A stretch of DNA of 64,000 bases, from NCBI GenBank assembly GCA_964016885.1, contig OZ024741.1, forward strand, positions 191,270,001-191,334,000. The letters are read 5' to 3'. The stretch is from Eledone cirrhosa (taxonomy: Eukaryota). Made by a program: the position numbers and the translations under genes. Shown piece after piece: positions 12,110 through 25,031 of this stretch (its first letter is position 1; each line of letters opens with the position of its first letter). A model generated the notes under the pieces. It ran no database searches, was not told the DNA's origin, and saw only the letters and a program-made list of their open reading frames with translations.

Positions 12110-14125
12110 AAGGTAGTATAATAAGTAAGGTAATCAAAGATATGAAGACAGGCAAGGCAGCTGGGCCTTCGGAGATAGTTGCTGAGATGTTGAAGGCATC
12201 TGGTATGGTGGGACACACTATGGTCACCCGTATAGTTAACCAAGTAATACAGAATGGGGTCATAACGAAAGACTGGCGTAGCAGCATCATTAACTGCTAT
12301 AAGGGTAAAGGGGATGCTCTAGATAGGGGAAACTATAGAGGCATTAAGTTAGTTGACCAGGTCATGAAGGTCACAGAAAGAGTTATAGCGCAACTAATTA
12401 GAGAGCGAATTGATATAGATGAAATGCAATTTGGGTTTGTGTCAGGTAAAAGTACCACAGACGCTCTTTTCCTTGTACGACAACTACAAGAGAAGTACCT
12501 AGCTAAAAGTAAACCCCTCTACTTAGCTTTTGTAGACCTGGAGAAAGCTTTTGACAGAGTCCCCCGCTCCATTATCTGGTGGGCTCTTAGAAAACTAGGT
12601 GTAGATGAATGGCTTGTGAGAGCTATACAAGCTATGTATAATGAAACAGTCAGTAAGGTTAGAATTAACAATGAATATTGTGAAGAATTTAGTGTAAAAG
12701 TTGGCGTTCATCAAGGCTCTATCCTTAGTCCCCTCTTATTTATTATTGCCCTCCAGGCTATAACAGAGGAGTTCAAGACCGACTGCCCATGGGAACTCCT
12801 ATACGCAGATGATCTAATGCTCATAGCTGAATCAATGGCTGAACTAGAGAAGAAATTCCAAACATGGAAGCATGGCCTAGAATCAAAAGGCCTTAAAATT
12901 AACTTCTCTAAGACTAAAGTTCTAGTTTGTAGAAAGGAAAATAGGGCACATGTGCCCTCAGGAAAATGGCCATGCTCAGTGTGTAGGAAAGGAGTAGGCA
13001 GAAATTCCATTTTATGTCCCAAATGCAAAGTATGGGTACATAAAAGATGTAGTGGGCTCACAGGTAAACTATCTAAGAACGTAGACTTTATATGTGGCCA
13101 ATGCTCAGGTGCAATAAGTAGCAAGTGTCCAAAGGATACTAGCACCTTCCATTGCCCAGATGGTTCTATAGAAATAGTAGACACTTTCCGTTACCTGGGT
13201 GACGAAATCAGCAGTGGTGGAGGGTGTTCTGAAAGTACAGTAGCCAGAGTCAGAACGGGATGGAAAAAGTTCAGAGACTTAATACCACTATTGGCCACTA
13301 AAGGTTTCTCTCTAAAAATGAAAGGCAGATTGTATGATGCCTGTATACGAACAGCAATGCTACATGGCAGTGATACATGGGCATTACGTGCAGAGGATCT
13401 GCGTAGACTGGAAAGGAACGAAGCATGCATGCTCCGTTGGATGTGTAATAGTAATATACGCGAACGGCAAAGCATAAATGAACTAAGTGAGAAATTAGGA
13501 ATAAGAGGGATCAGATGCTGTTTACTTGAGAGAAGACTACGTTGGTATGGTCACGTGATGCACATGAAAGACGACAGCTGCATAAAAAAGTGCAGGGCGA
13601 TCAGGGTAGTTATGGAGTAGGTAGACCCAGAAAAACCTGATCTGATAAATTCCGACCTCACACATTTACATCTCTCTAAGACAATGTCTCTGGACCGAGA
13701 TCTTTGGCGCTATGCAGTAATACAGAAGACCCGCCTTGCCTATGTACAAAGCGAAACCTACAGTCAGTAGGCACCTCTTAACCAAATATACACCCCAATC
13801 CACTACCCCTACCCTATCCTCCCACTCCCACCAACAGCACGAGAAAATGAGATCGAGATCGTGTAGGTCTCACAACAAAAAAAAACACTCAGTCCACGCT
13901 GTAATGTGGCCGTGTAGGTAACACAGTAAAAAGTTCCCAGTTCCACACTGTAAATGTGGTTGGTGTTAGGAAGGGCATCCAGCCGTAGAAAACCTGCCAG
14001 ATAGTCCTATATGAGCGAGACACGGTCACCCGACCAGCCTTGCCTCAAGTGGGACAACTCCCGTCTAACCCATGCTAGTGTGGAAAATGGACATTAAACG
14101 AAGATGATGATGATGAGATGATGAT
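12110..14125 (+). mobile_element. RTE-clade LINE (PHD-RTE subfamily B), 5'-truncated, long open RT ORF
   Basis: ORF 12055-13620: NYRGIKL, QFGF, FVDLEKAFD, GVHQGSILSPLLF, LLYADD, PHD finger 12973-13104, FRYLG, RRLRWYGHV; 3'UTR ends in (GAT)n. Confidence 0.93.
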
Positions 14126-15377
14126 ATATATATATATATATATATCGTCCCACCCTTGCAAGCAGGGAAAAGCGGATGTAAAATGATGATGATATATATA
14201 TATATATATAATCAATGCCATCAATCTCACCTATAAAATATTGTGGGTACTGCCCCAAGTTTTGTAACTATCCAACTATAAAATATTGCCTCAAAATGCC
14301 TCATTCAACCCATGTTAGCCAGGAAAAGTGAACATAAAAATGACGGTCATATGGTTGATTATGATTTCCAGAGAGCTTCTGTTTAAGGGAAAGAAGGATT
14401 ATAAAGACTGTTTAGTGGCCGTCTAGATGAAAAATTGAAGAGGATGAAATGAGGAAAAACAACAGGGTTTGTGTTGACATAGTATGTAGTAAGCTAGTTC
14501 GGAAGTGATGTAGACTGTATTAACCATTTTATATACACCCCTTTGAGACTGAAGACATCAATGATACCCTAACAATCCAATTGATTATAGGACTCTTGAT
14601 ATAATTTACCTATATACTTCCATGAGAAATACAAATCAAGCATGAAATATAAATGGCTGCTATGACTTCATTCTATATGTTGATAAGAAGTTGGGAATAA
14701 AGACTTTTAATTCTCAATTTGCTTGTAAAAATATGGTAACAACTAAATTTGTCTTCTGGGAAAACTTTACCAAATCAGCTTCATCTTTGTCATGTTGTGT
14801 CCTTATTAGTGGTGTTGTTATTTGTTTAAAAGTAATAACAGTAATGATGAACATGTAGCTCAACACAGCTTGTGTGTGTTGACTCAAGTCCTGGCAAGAA
14901 AATGAAATTACATAAACAATTGGTTCATTTTTTTTTCAAACACATTTATTTAACAAGCTTCCCTGACTTCCTATGATAAGTTTTTCTAACAACTAGTCCA
15001 CCTCCACAGGGGATATTTTTATGCTAATAATGCTGGAAAATGTTTTATTCCCATATGTTTAAGTATTACTATCAAGTTAGGATTGAACATCTCACTTCTA
15101 TTTTTGTAATTTTTTCATTCTGCATTGATCTTTGGATAATTGAAATTATTTGACACTAACATTTTAGTCATGATTTTAGTTTATGAAGACACTGATTTTG
15201 ATATTTATACCAGAAGTAAGAGAGAGGGAGAGAGAGGGGGACACAGAGAGAGAGAGGGGTGACAGAGAGAGAGGGGTGACAGAGAGAGAGAGGGACTGAC
15301 AGAGAAAGAGGGAGAGTCTAAGAGAAGGACAGACAGAGAGAAAGAGACAGAAAGAAAGGGACAGTCAGAGTGAGGGG

Positions 15378-15421
<44 letters not shown>

Positions 15422-15519
15422 GTAAATGAGAGATTGGGATAGAGATTAGGTATACCAATCATCATCATTATCATCATCATTTAACATCTGCTTTTCCAAA
15501 TATTGCCAGAACTATAAAG

Positions 15520-16325
15520 ATAAGAACCTGATTCCTTCAGGGAAGTGGCCCTGTTCAACATGTAGAAAAGGAGTAGGTATAAACTCCATACAATGTACAC
15601 AATGTAAATCTTGGGTATACAAGAGATGTAGTGGGATGATGGGTAAACTAACAGGAAGGGAAAACTTTGTATGTAGAAGATAACCAGTGATATAAGCCTA
15701 TTCTAGTTACAGGAAGGACCCATAGAGGTGGTTGATAGCTTCTGCTATCTAGGCAATGAAATGGAGGAGGGTTCTCTAAGAGTATAATAGCTAGAATGAG
15801 GATAGAATGGAAAAAGTATAAAGAGCTACTCTCACTGTTGACCATGAAAAAGTTCTCCCTATGTATAAAAGGACAACTGTATGATAACTGTGTGCAAAGT
15901 GAGACATGGGCTATGACTGCAGACGAAATGGAGAGACTTGAGATAAATGGAGCAACGATGCTCTGTTGGGTGTGCAATGTAAGTGTGGGAGAAAGGCAGA
16001 GATTGGATGAGTTGAGGGAGAAGCTGTGTTTAAAAGGAATCTGAGGTGGTGTGCAGGAGAGAAGACTGCATTGGTTTGAACATGTGATGCACATGGAAAA
16101 TAATTGTTGAATGAAGTGCCAGGAAATGCCAGTGGAAGGAAGCCACGGTAGAGGTAGACCAAGAAAGACCTGAGTAGAGGTTGTGTGAGCTGACCTCAAA
16201 TCACTGAGACTTACAGAAGCGATGATAAAGGATTGCGACATGTTGAGAGATACCGTGCTGAGAAGAACCCATCCAACCCATGCAAGAGTGGAAAAGTGGA
16301 CATAACAACGATGATGATGATGATA
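15520..16325 (+). mobile_element. PHD-RTE subfamily A 3' fragment, degenerate
   Basis: GKWPCSTCRKGVGINSIQCTQCKSWVYKRC; GRPRKT; (GAT)n tail. Confidence 0.82.
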
Positions 16326-16819
16326 TATATTTGACAGGATGATATACATTTGACAGAGTCATTAGAACATTGAATATAATGCTTTTCAATATTCATTCTG
16401 GCTCTCTATTCTCTCCGTTCAAATCCCACCAAGGTCAACTTTGCCTTTCATCCATTTGAGGTCGATTAAAAAGTACCAGTCTAGTACTGGGGTGGATTCT
16501 TCCTCTACATCTCTTTCTCACTCTCTATCCTTCTCTGGAAGAAATCTGCTGTACTCAGGCCTGGAGAGGGGTTGGTCTCTGCCAGGTTTAAAAATGCCTT
16601 AAAAATGCCACTTGTTAGTATGGTGCCTCTACAACTCCCTCAGGTATTACAGATCCATACCATGCCATACCAAACATAAAACTCTTCAGATGCAACAGAA
16701 GATACATACATAACATATATATGCAATCTGGTGCATAAGTGCATGATTCTTATCTTGTTCTGAGCATGCTTAAGAGCCACAGGATGGGTATCTCCGTCTA
16801 AATCATTTCATTCTATATA

Positions 16820-17582
16820 AGAGGGATCAGATGTTGTTTACTCGAGAGAAGGCTATGTTGGTACGGTCACGTGATGCGCATGAAAGACGACAGCTGTATA
16901 ACAAAGTGCAGGGCAATAAAGATAGACGGTAGCCACGGAGTAGGCAGACCCAGAAAAACATGGGACGAGCTGATAAATTCCGACCTCACACGCTTACACC
17001 TCTCCAAGACAATGTCACTGGACCGAGACCTTTGGCGGTACTCAGTAATAGAGAAGACCCGCCTTACCTAAATACAAAGTAAAAACCTACTACAGTCAGT
17101 AGGCATCTCTATCAAAACACACCCCCGTCCCACCACCTCCACCCCATCCACACCGCCCCTTTCAATGTAAAGTTATGTTGGTGCCACAACATCCAGGCCA
17201 AAACAAATGAGATCGTGTAGGTGTCACGACAAAAAAACACACAGTCCACGCTGTAAATGTGGCCGTGTAGGCAACACGGTAAAAACCTCCCAGCCCCACA
17301 CTGTAAATGTGGTTGGTGTTAGGAAGGGCACCCAGCTGTAGAAAACCCGCCAGACAGTCCACGCTGTAATGTGGCCGTGTAGGCAACACGGTAAAAACCT
17401 CCCAGCCCCACACTGTAAATGTGGTTGGTGTTAGGAAGGGCATCCAGCCGTAGAAAACCCGCCAGACAGTCCTATGCGAGCAAGACAACCACTCTTGCCT
17501 CAAGTGGGAAAACCCCCGTCCAAACCCATGCAAGCGTGGAACACGGACGCTAAACCTGATGATGATGATGATGATGATGATA
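16820..17582 (+). mobile_element. PHD-RTE subfamily B 3' end with ~115-bp tandem duplication in 3'UTR
   Basis: MKDDSCITKCRAIKIDGSHGVGRPRKTW; 17242-17360 repeated at 17355-17471. Confidence 0.88.
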
Positions 17583-17674
17583 TGTGCATGTGTGTTTGTG
17601 TGTGTGTGTCTATTTACATATATAAACACACATAAGCATATATGAGTAAGCATGTATATAGCGTTAAACTAATA

Positions 17675-20600
17675 CTAGACCACCCGTGATCTGTTGGGTC
17701 ACGTTCGCTTCAAAATATTTTTTTAAAATCATGTTCATTTAAAAATAATTTTTAAATAATCAAAATATACACAGACATGTATATAATGTGAAATGAAACA
17801 GGAAGGCCCATATATATATATATATATATATATATACATGTGTGTATGTACAGAAATGTGTGTGTGTGTATACATATATATATACATATGTATATCTATC
17901 TAGGGCGGGTAAAATTCTGAGATCCATGGATGAGTTATCTCCAGCGGTTTCTATCCCTCATTATCGCTGCCATGTCCTGTGTCTCCAAGAGATCAGTGTC
18001 TGTCCTGAGGGCATCAACATATGTTAACCTCGGTCTTCTTCTTCCAGTGTGTCCATGCAGGGGCTCCCACAGGAGCACTGAGTGCAGTGTCAACTCTGAA
18101 TGTCGGTGAGCATTTCCAGCTAACCTCAGTCTCCTCTGTGTCACTTTCGAGCTGACTTTTGGGAGGCTTCCGTACAGCTCTGAGTTCTTCATCCTCAGTG
18201 TATACTGATTAATGTTCAGAGCCATCCTCAGCATTCTCGTGTAGCACCCATCCACCATCTGAGTAAGTTTCTTGGTCAGTGTCCAAATCTCAGACCCGTA
18301 CAGCAGCACAGACTCCACGATAACAATGAAGAGATGGATCTTCATTTCTTTATGAAGGTTTGACTTCCACACCAATCTCAAACTGTGGCACGCCACCCAG
18401 ACTTTGCTCTTCCTCTCAACCATATCATCTTCCGTATTCCCAATCTTTGCTCCCAAATACAGGAAGTCCTCAACCAATTCTAGCGGCTTCCCGCCTACAT
18501 TAGTAATCTTCTCTGGCTTCTTAATATTCTCTACCAGATACTTCATCTTAATCTCATTCATTCTCAGCCCCACACTCATCGAAACACTCTCCACCTCCTG
18601 CATCAAATCCTCTGCCTCCTTCACTGTGTTTGTCACCAGAACTATGTCATTGGCAAATTCAGCATCCAATATCTTTTTCGCCTTAACTCTCCTGCTCTGA
18701 GCCGGTTTTACGGTAAAGCCAGAGTGAGTCCTGGTATTTCTCCAGTGCAAGGCGCATACAATATTCCACTGCGATGATAAAAATGTAGGGAGCCAATGTA
18801 TCTCCCTGGAGCACTCTAGCCAGTATCTCAAAGAACTCTGTCATCCCAGCAGGTGTAATGACTTGGGCTTTGGTGTTGGTGTAGAGCAGTGATATCAGGT
18901 CCACTATCTTCTTGGGGATTCCATAAACCTGTAAGATCTTCATCAGGCAGTGATGATCCACAGAATCAAAGGCCGTCCTAAAGTCAATGAAAACCATGAC
19001 CGCAGGAAGGCACTTTGCTCTAGCTCCCTCTAATATCCTCCTCGGCATCAGGATGTGACTGGTGGTTGATCTTCCCTCTCTGAAGCTGTTCTAATTGTCC
19101 CTGAGCTTCTTCTCCATCTCGGGCTGGATCCTGTTAAGAATCATCCTATTGAGGGTCTTTGCCACAAGTGACGTTAGTGTTCCCCTGTAGTTGTTGGTGT
19201 TAGAGAGATCTCCCTTCTTTGGTACTGGGACGATGTTACTGATCCTCCACTGATTTGGGGCAACTCCTTTCTCCAGTGCCTGGTTACAGAACCCCAGGAT
19301 GATATCATCAAAATCACACCTCTTCATCACCTCTGATGCCACTCCATCTTCTCCATGGGCCTTGTCCTCCTTGATTTTCTTCTTGGCTCTCTGAAGCTCC
19401 TCTCTGGTGAAGAGTCCTGTCTCAATATCTAGTTCCTCAAACAGCTGCCTGATCTCCCCAGTCTTCTGGGCTGTGGAGGGCGGCTTTCCTAGTAGCGTCC
19501 TAAAATGGTCCAGCCATTTCCTCTTCCTATCCTCGGGCCCTGTTCCCTGGATCTGACTCAAACACCTTCTCTTCCTCCCTGTGATCTCGTTGATGATCAT
19601 CCAGCTCTCTTTATTTACACCGAGACCTGTCAACCGCTCTCTCCACACTTCTGATCTTCTCTATCAGTGCCTCCTCTCTGGCCTCAGTGTAAGCGGTAGA
19701 GAGTTCTTCCCTCGTCACCTCCACATTCGCCTTCCTCTCCTCCGTAGGATCAGCATAGAATTGGTCCTTGGCAGCTTTCAGGTGCTCTCTGGCTGCACAC
19801 ACTTTTGGATCTGCAGAGCTGACATGCTTCCTCTTGTTCTTTCTCCTCAGCACCAGGGTCTCACTTGCTTCTGCCACTGCATTGGGGAAGTACCCTTACC
19901 TCCTTGTCACACTCTCCTCAGTCCCTCCAATATCTCTCTCCTCTGCCTCTCCACACAGAGCACTGAACCTGTTCCTTACTTCTACTGTGAACCTCTCCTG
20001 TAGCTTATCATCTTCCTTGAAATCTCCCCAGTCATAGATTGCTCGCCTTGCTCTTTCATAAGCTCACCCGGACCTCACTCATAACAAGCCGGTGGTCACT
20101 GCCCAGTGTACTGAAATAGTTGTATGGTTCTGTGTTCAGAACATTATTCCGCCACTTTTTCCTCAGCAGAATGAAATCAATCTGGGACTTGGACAGGTGC
20201 ATATCTGAGATGTAGGTCCACATCTTCCCCGGATTCTTCCTAAACCTTAGGTTGGTTGCTATCAAGTTCGCCTCCAGCAGGGTGTCTCTCAGTTGTCTTC
20301 CATTTCGGTTGGTGTTGTTATGGAAGTACCAGCAAGGATCTTCACGACTCTCCTTACTCAGATGTGCATTGAAGTCCCCCAGAACAAGCAGGATGTTGTG
20401 AGCTTGTGTTGTGTTGACAGCTCTACACACCTCCTCGTGGAACTCTTCCGCACTCACATAACTGTCTCCCTCGGTTGGACTATAGGCTGAGATGACTGTC
20501 AGTCTTGGGTTTCCATTGAAGGTCACCCTCAACACTCGCGGGGAGACAGGCATTATTTCCCTCACCAATAGATTGGTTTTTGCACTGAAAACAAAACCCA

Positions 20601-21283
20601 CTCTGCCTACTGCAGCATTGGTCATGTTCTTCACTGCCGATGTGGTGATTAGCTGGCTCCTCTTTCCAATCATCACACTCTTCATGGGCTCATCGTGTAG
20701 GATCCCTTGTTCTTGGATCGCAAGTATCTGTATACCACCAACACCACAGCTATTCTCTCCTCGAACAGATGACCCAACTCCTCTCTCTTCTTCAGCGTCT
20801 GAATAGTCCTCACATTCAAAGTGCCCATTTTGATGGCTCTTCTGCAGGACAAAACTGCATTCTTTATATTTGTCTCAAAGACAGCTGATCCATCATCCAC
20901 TGGCCCTCCCTGTGGCTCTAAGCCAGTAGAGTCATAACGACCAGACTGCTCCTTGACAGTGTAGTTAGGGACTCTAACCCTAGTGCTGCTAAATTGACTC
21001 TCCATGGTTCTTTTCAGTGGCTGATAATACCTTACCAGCACCACTCGAATAAGGTAATTATTTAACCCATAAATGGGGCTCTAACAGGTACTACTACTCC
21101 GGGCCAGAGCAGACCTGGGAGTTATGACAACTAAGGGGTAACTCCATATTTTCCACAGCTCCTGAACTCCCAAACTGGAGTCTTGCCACTGGATGTAGTT
21201 TAATGTCATACCCAGGTCCTTTGAATACATATGTATGTGTGTGTGAGTATATATATATATATATGTGGGTGTCTGTGATCTAT

Positions 21284-21314
<31 letters not shown>

Positions 21315-21625
21315 CACAACACCACCACCAGCTCTCTCTCTATTCCATTCTCCTTCTCTGTCTTCTCTCCCTCTCTCATCTCGCTCTCTCTCAATCTACT
21401 CTCTCACAACCACTATCTCTCTCTCTCTCTGTTTATGAAGGTACCTGGAAAACACCATATCTCAGGAACACATGTGCCAATTTACTCGAAACTTGTTTTA
21501 TTTCATTTGTATTCCCATTTCAGGGGCAACTTCCTTTCAAAGTATTTTCCCATTATGCGGCCTTTTGGCTGTATTACATTACAGACAAGCAAGCAAGCAA
21601 GCAATCACAGAATTTTAGTAGTATA
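17675..21625 (-). mobile_element. Non-autonomous Helitron split by a nested RTE insertion
   Basis: Minus-strand 3' CTAG at 17675-17678 with upstream hairpin; 17708-17810 and 21270-21620 match the uninterrupted copy at 43445-44050. Confidence 0.7.
17900..21220 (-). mobile_element. Near full-length RTE/RTE-X-like LINE (APE endonuclease + RT), frameshifted
   Basis: MGTLNVRT, ISAYSPT, LGDFNAH, SQIDFIL, GSDHRLV, VPVPKKGDLS..NYRG, FIDFRTAFD, LQGDTLAP, FLYLG, LLYGSEIW; family distinct from PHD-RTE. Confidence 0.9.
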
Positions 21626-21639
21626 TATATATTTCTTCA

Positions 21640-23432
21640 TTGTACTGTGTTGTTTGGTTTCTTATTGCTATTTACATTTTACATGTATATATATGTAATT
21701 CTTTTTTGAATTTGTTTTGCAAGATTTTTTATCTGAAAATGAGTGTTGAAACAAATATGTTCTATTTTGGCATGTTGGTGGAGTACTGATGAGTTTTTCC
21801 CAACCTGGAGTTCTTGCCAGTGTTCACTTATCCTTTCTCCTATGCTACAGGCTGTTTCACCAATGTATGTTGTATTCTTATTCCTACACTGTCCCTCAGT
21901 ACATTTTATGTTATATACTACATTCCTAGTTTTACAGTTAGTTTGCGGGCTTAGCTTGCAGAATATGCATTTCCTATCAGCACAGGGGGATCTTTGAAAA
22001 GGGTATGTTTTGCTAATTAGAGTTTTTATGGGAATACCTGATCTTTCAACTATCTTAATATTTAATTTGAGCTTGTCTAGAGCCCTTCTAAATCTGTAAG
22101 CTAGTTCGCCCCTAGGTGTTGTATTTAAGAACATTACACTCTGGTATTTATTGTTATCATACCATAAGTTTATTTTATTTGCCTTACTCCTAATTCGTTC
22201 TATTCTGTTCCAAAATTTGGTCCTATACATGGGGCAAGTTCCATTTGCATCATTTTCTACAATCTTTGCTCATTTCGTTCTAGCTCCTTTATATGCCCTG
22301 ATCTTGTCTCTCCGATTGTAGCCAGAGAACTGCATGTGGTGGATGAAGTGTTGTATGTGTCTCTCTAATTCTTTAGGGTTGCACATGCGGGACACGTTCC
22401 TCATTACTCTTACTAATTCTGCAATCAGTATATTGATTTTTATGTGGTCCAAAATGGCTGAGTTTCAGTGGATCAGGTACTTGGAGGTCGTGGGTTTGAC
22501 ATAATGTGAATGGAGGATTTGCATTCTATTACTAATAGTTTCCAACCAGAGTCCTGTGTCTAGTATGGCTAATCTATGGTTGGGGTGTTTAGTCTATAAC
22601 AACTTTAATACTCTGGTGGATGAAGTTAGCTGTTTGCTGGATGCTTTCCATGGTGTTCTTCTCTAATTCCTGACCGTTGTCCTGTGGGTTGTTTTTACTA
22701 CGATATTTATGTCACCTACGTAGTGGGAGTATATAGTTAGGGTTATAAAATTATTGTATAATTGTTTTTTAAGTCTTCTGTCCCACCATACCATAAAGAG
22801 GTTTGCTATGTCACCTACAATGCTAATGCCAATGGCTGCCCCCTCCTCTTGGGCATGTTTTGCCATTAAATTTGAACATATGTTCCTTAAGGGTTAGTTT
22901 TACACTGGCCCCTACTGCATGTGCGATCATTGTCTTTAATTCATCATTGTTTTCGGGGGTCCGTATGGCTCTGGTCCAACTGCTCCATCTTTCTCTGTGG
23001 GTCTTCTTGGCCATTCAGGTAATGGTGGATGGTCTGCCTCTTTCTGGCCTTGTGAAGCAGAGGCTGCTGAGGTCATGTATGTCTAAGTGTTCCTTATTGT
23101 ATGTGAGTTTAAGGCAAATAGTGACCCAGTTACAGGATCACCAGTATGACCAGTCTGTGGAGCTAACATTGCTTGCAACTACAGACTTTCCTACTTCCTC
23201 TCCCTGATCATACACCCTATCATCGAAATGTCCCCAGATATATGCGACAGCACGGAGGACCTCGTCAACAGAATCAATGAATGCAACCTGTCTATGGACC
23301 TAACAGGCTGTACAATAGGTAGCATGGATGTAGTGTCCCTATACCCATCCAGCAACATTGATTTTGCTGTGGAAAAATACATAGAAATGATCAGTGAGAG
23401 CGATGTGGAATTCTGTGGCATTGATACCAGTG
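21640..23432 (-). mobile_element. Penelope-like element (RT + GIY-YIG), degenerate, with inverted 5' segment 23120-23432
   Basis: NVVYNIKC...TYIGETACSIGERISEH (GIY-YIG) in ORF 21679-22230; GAAIGIS..GDIANLFMVWWD, YVGD; RT motif IGSMDVVSLYP on the + strand. Confidence 0.85.
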
Positions 23433-25030
23433 AGCAAAGACATGAAAACGACCGGAGGAGAACTGCTGCATGCAAGGCCAATGAGTCACAAGAGGCAAGG
23501 GAAAAATAATTAGAACAATTACGTCAACAAAATGCAAGCCGCGGGAGCCAAGAGTCAAAAAAGAAAAGAGAAAAACATTTAAAGCATGCAAGACAAAGAC
23601 AAGCTGCCAAAGTTGCCAATGAGACAATAGGTCAGTGAAAGATTAGATAAAGAAAAAACCAGGAGCAAACAGTTGCTGCAAGACTTTGCCAACCCTCAGA
23701 GGAAAGATGTAAGCATCTTGATCAAGATAGGCTGAATACGTTTGACAAAAGAGTTGCACCTTTCAAGGGGATTTGGAAAAGATCAGCTTTCAACTATGAT
23801 CCAAAACATGATTATTCTGCAGAGAAATTGATTGATATTGGAGAAATGTCAAAAGAGTGCAGTTTTTGTAAAGGAAAGAAATGGGAAAGAGAAACGACCA
23901 CTATGTGTTGTGGTGGAGGAACGGTTGTTTTACCGACGTTTGGTACACCCTCAGACACTTTGAAGGCATTGATTTTGGGAAACACACCAAGGAGCATGCA
24001 CTTCTTGAAAAACATTAGGAATTATAATTCTGCTTTCCAAATGATGTCTTTTGGCAGCAATATCATAAGAGAAGGGAACTTCAAGCCAACCATTAACGTT
24101 CAAGGTCAAGTATACCATCGTATTGGATCTTTGTTGCCAACTGAAGGCAAAAATCCTTAGTTTTTACAGCTATATTTTATGGCAAATTGCAAGGAACAAG
24201 CTTTGCAACAGTCATGTGAAAGAAGAGTTAATCTTTGATCTGGAAGATATATTGCATGCAAACAATAGCTACATCAGAAGCTTTGAGTATGCATTATAAT
24301 CTGCATCACCCACTGAGTACAAGATAGTTATTGATGCAGACAAAAAAGAGGCTGCTACAATGCCCCTGCCGCAAATGAAGTAGCAGCAATTATTACAGGC
24401 AACTAGTATGGGAAGAGAGATATTATTCAAGGAAGAGGTAATAAGATGCAGCAGATAAATGCAACCCACCGATCATATGATGCACTTCAGTATCCATTAA
24501 TCTGTGTATTCGGCCTAGATGGATATCACTTTGGTATAAATGAAAAACAGATCTTAAAACTAGAGCTCCTGCACTGACAAAAACAGTAAACTGCATGGAA
24601 TTCTATGCTTACCTTTTAATATTAAGAGAGCAAAGGCGAAAGATTTATATGCTCAGAGTTCTTGATGATGATAAAGCTCACTCTTTATTTCATGCCATGC
24701 TGGGTTACATGTGAATGTAATGAAGAGGTTTGGATGACCATAGTGTCTGACATGTATAAGTGCATCTTGGGTACGCTCATGCATATACCGTGGACTTCCT
24801 GTAAAGCTTGATGGAAGAAGAACACAAAGATGTCCAATGTTATCAGCAGCCAATGCTCCTTCATTACTGATTGCATCTCTCAGGTGAATGTAATCTGATG
24901 CACAAAGATCTTTCTGATGTGTTCTAATGTAAAGAAGCCTTTATTTTTCAATTGTTGCATACATATCAACTGCAAATTGCTGGAAGAGCTCACGTGAATG
25001 ATGAAGAATATTAAGAGAGCAAGACTTCAA
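23433..25030 (+). mobile_element. Helitron RepHel N-terminal remnant with internal inversion
   Basis: CSFC...MCCGGG, FLKNIRNYNSAFQMMSFG, QGQVYHRIGSLLP, YDALQYPL on +; ELFQQFAVDMY and LPSSFTGSPRYMHE...FITFTCNP on - (24634-25012). Confidence 0.88.
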
Positions 25031-25031
25031 A

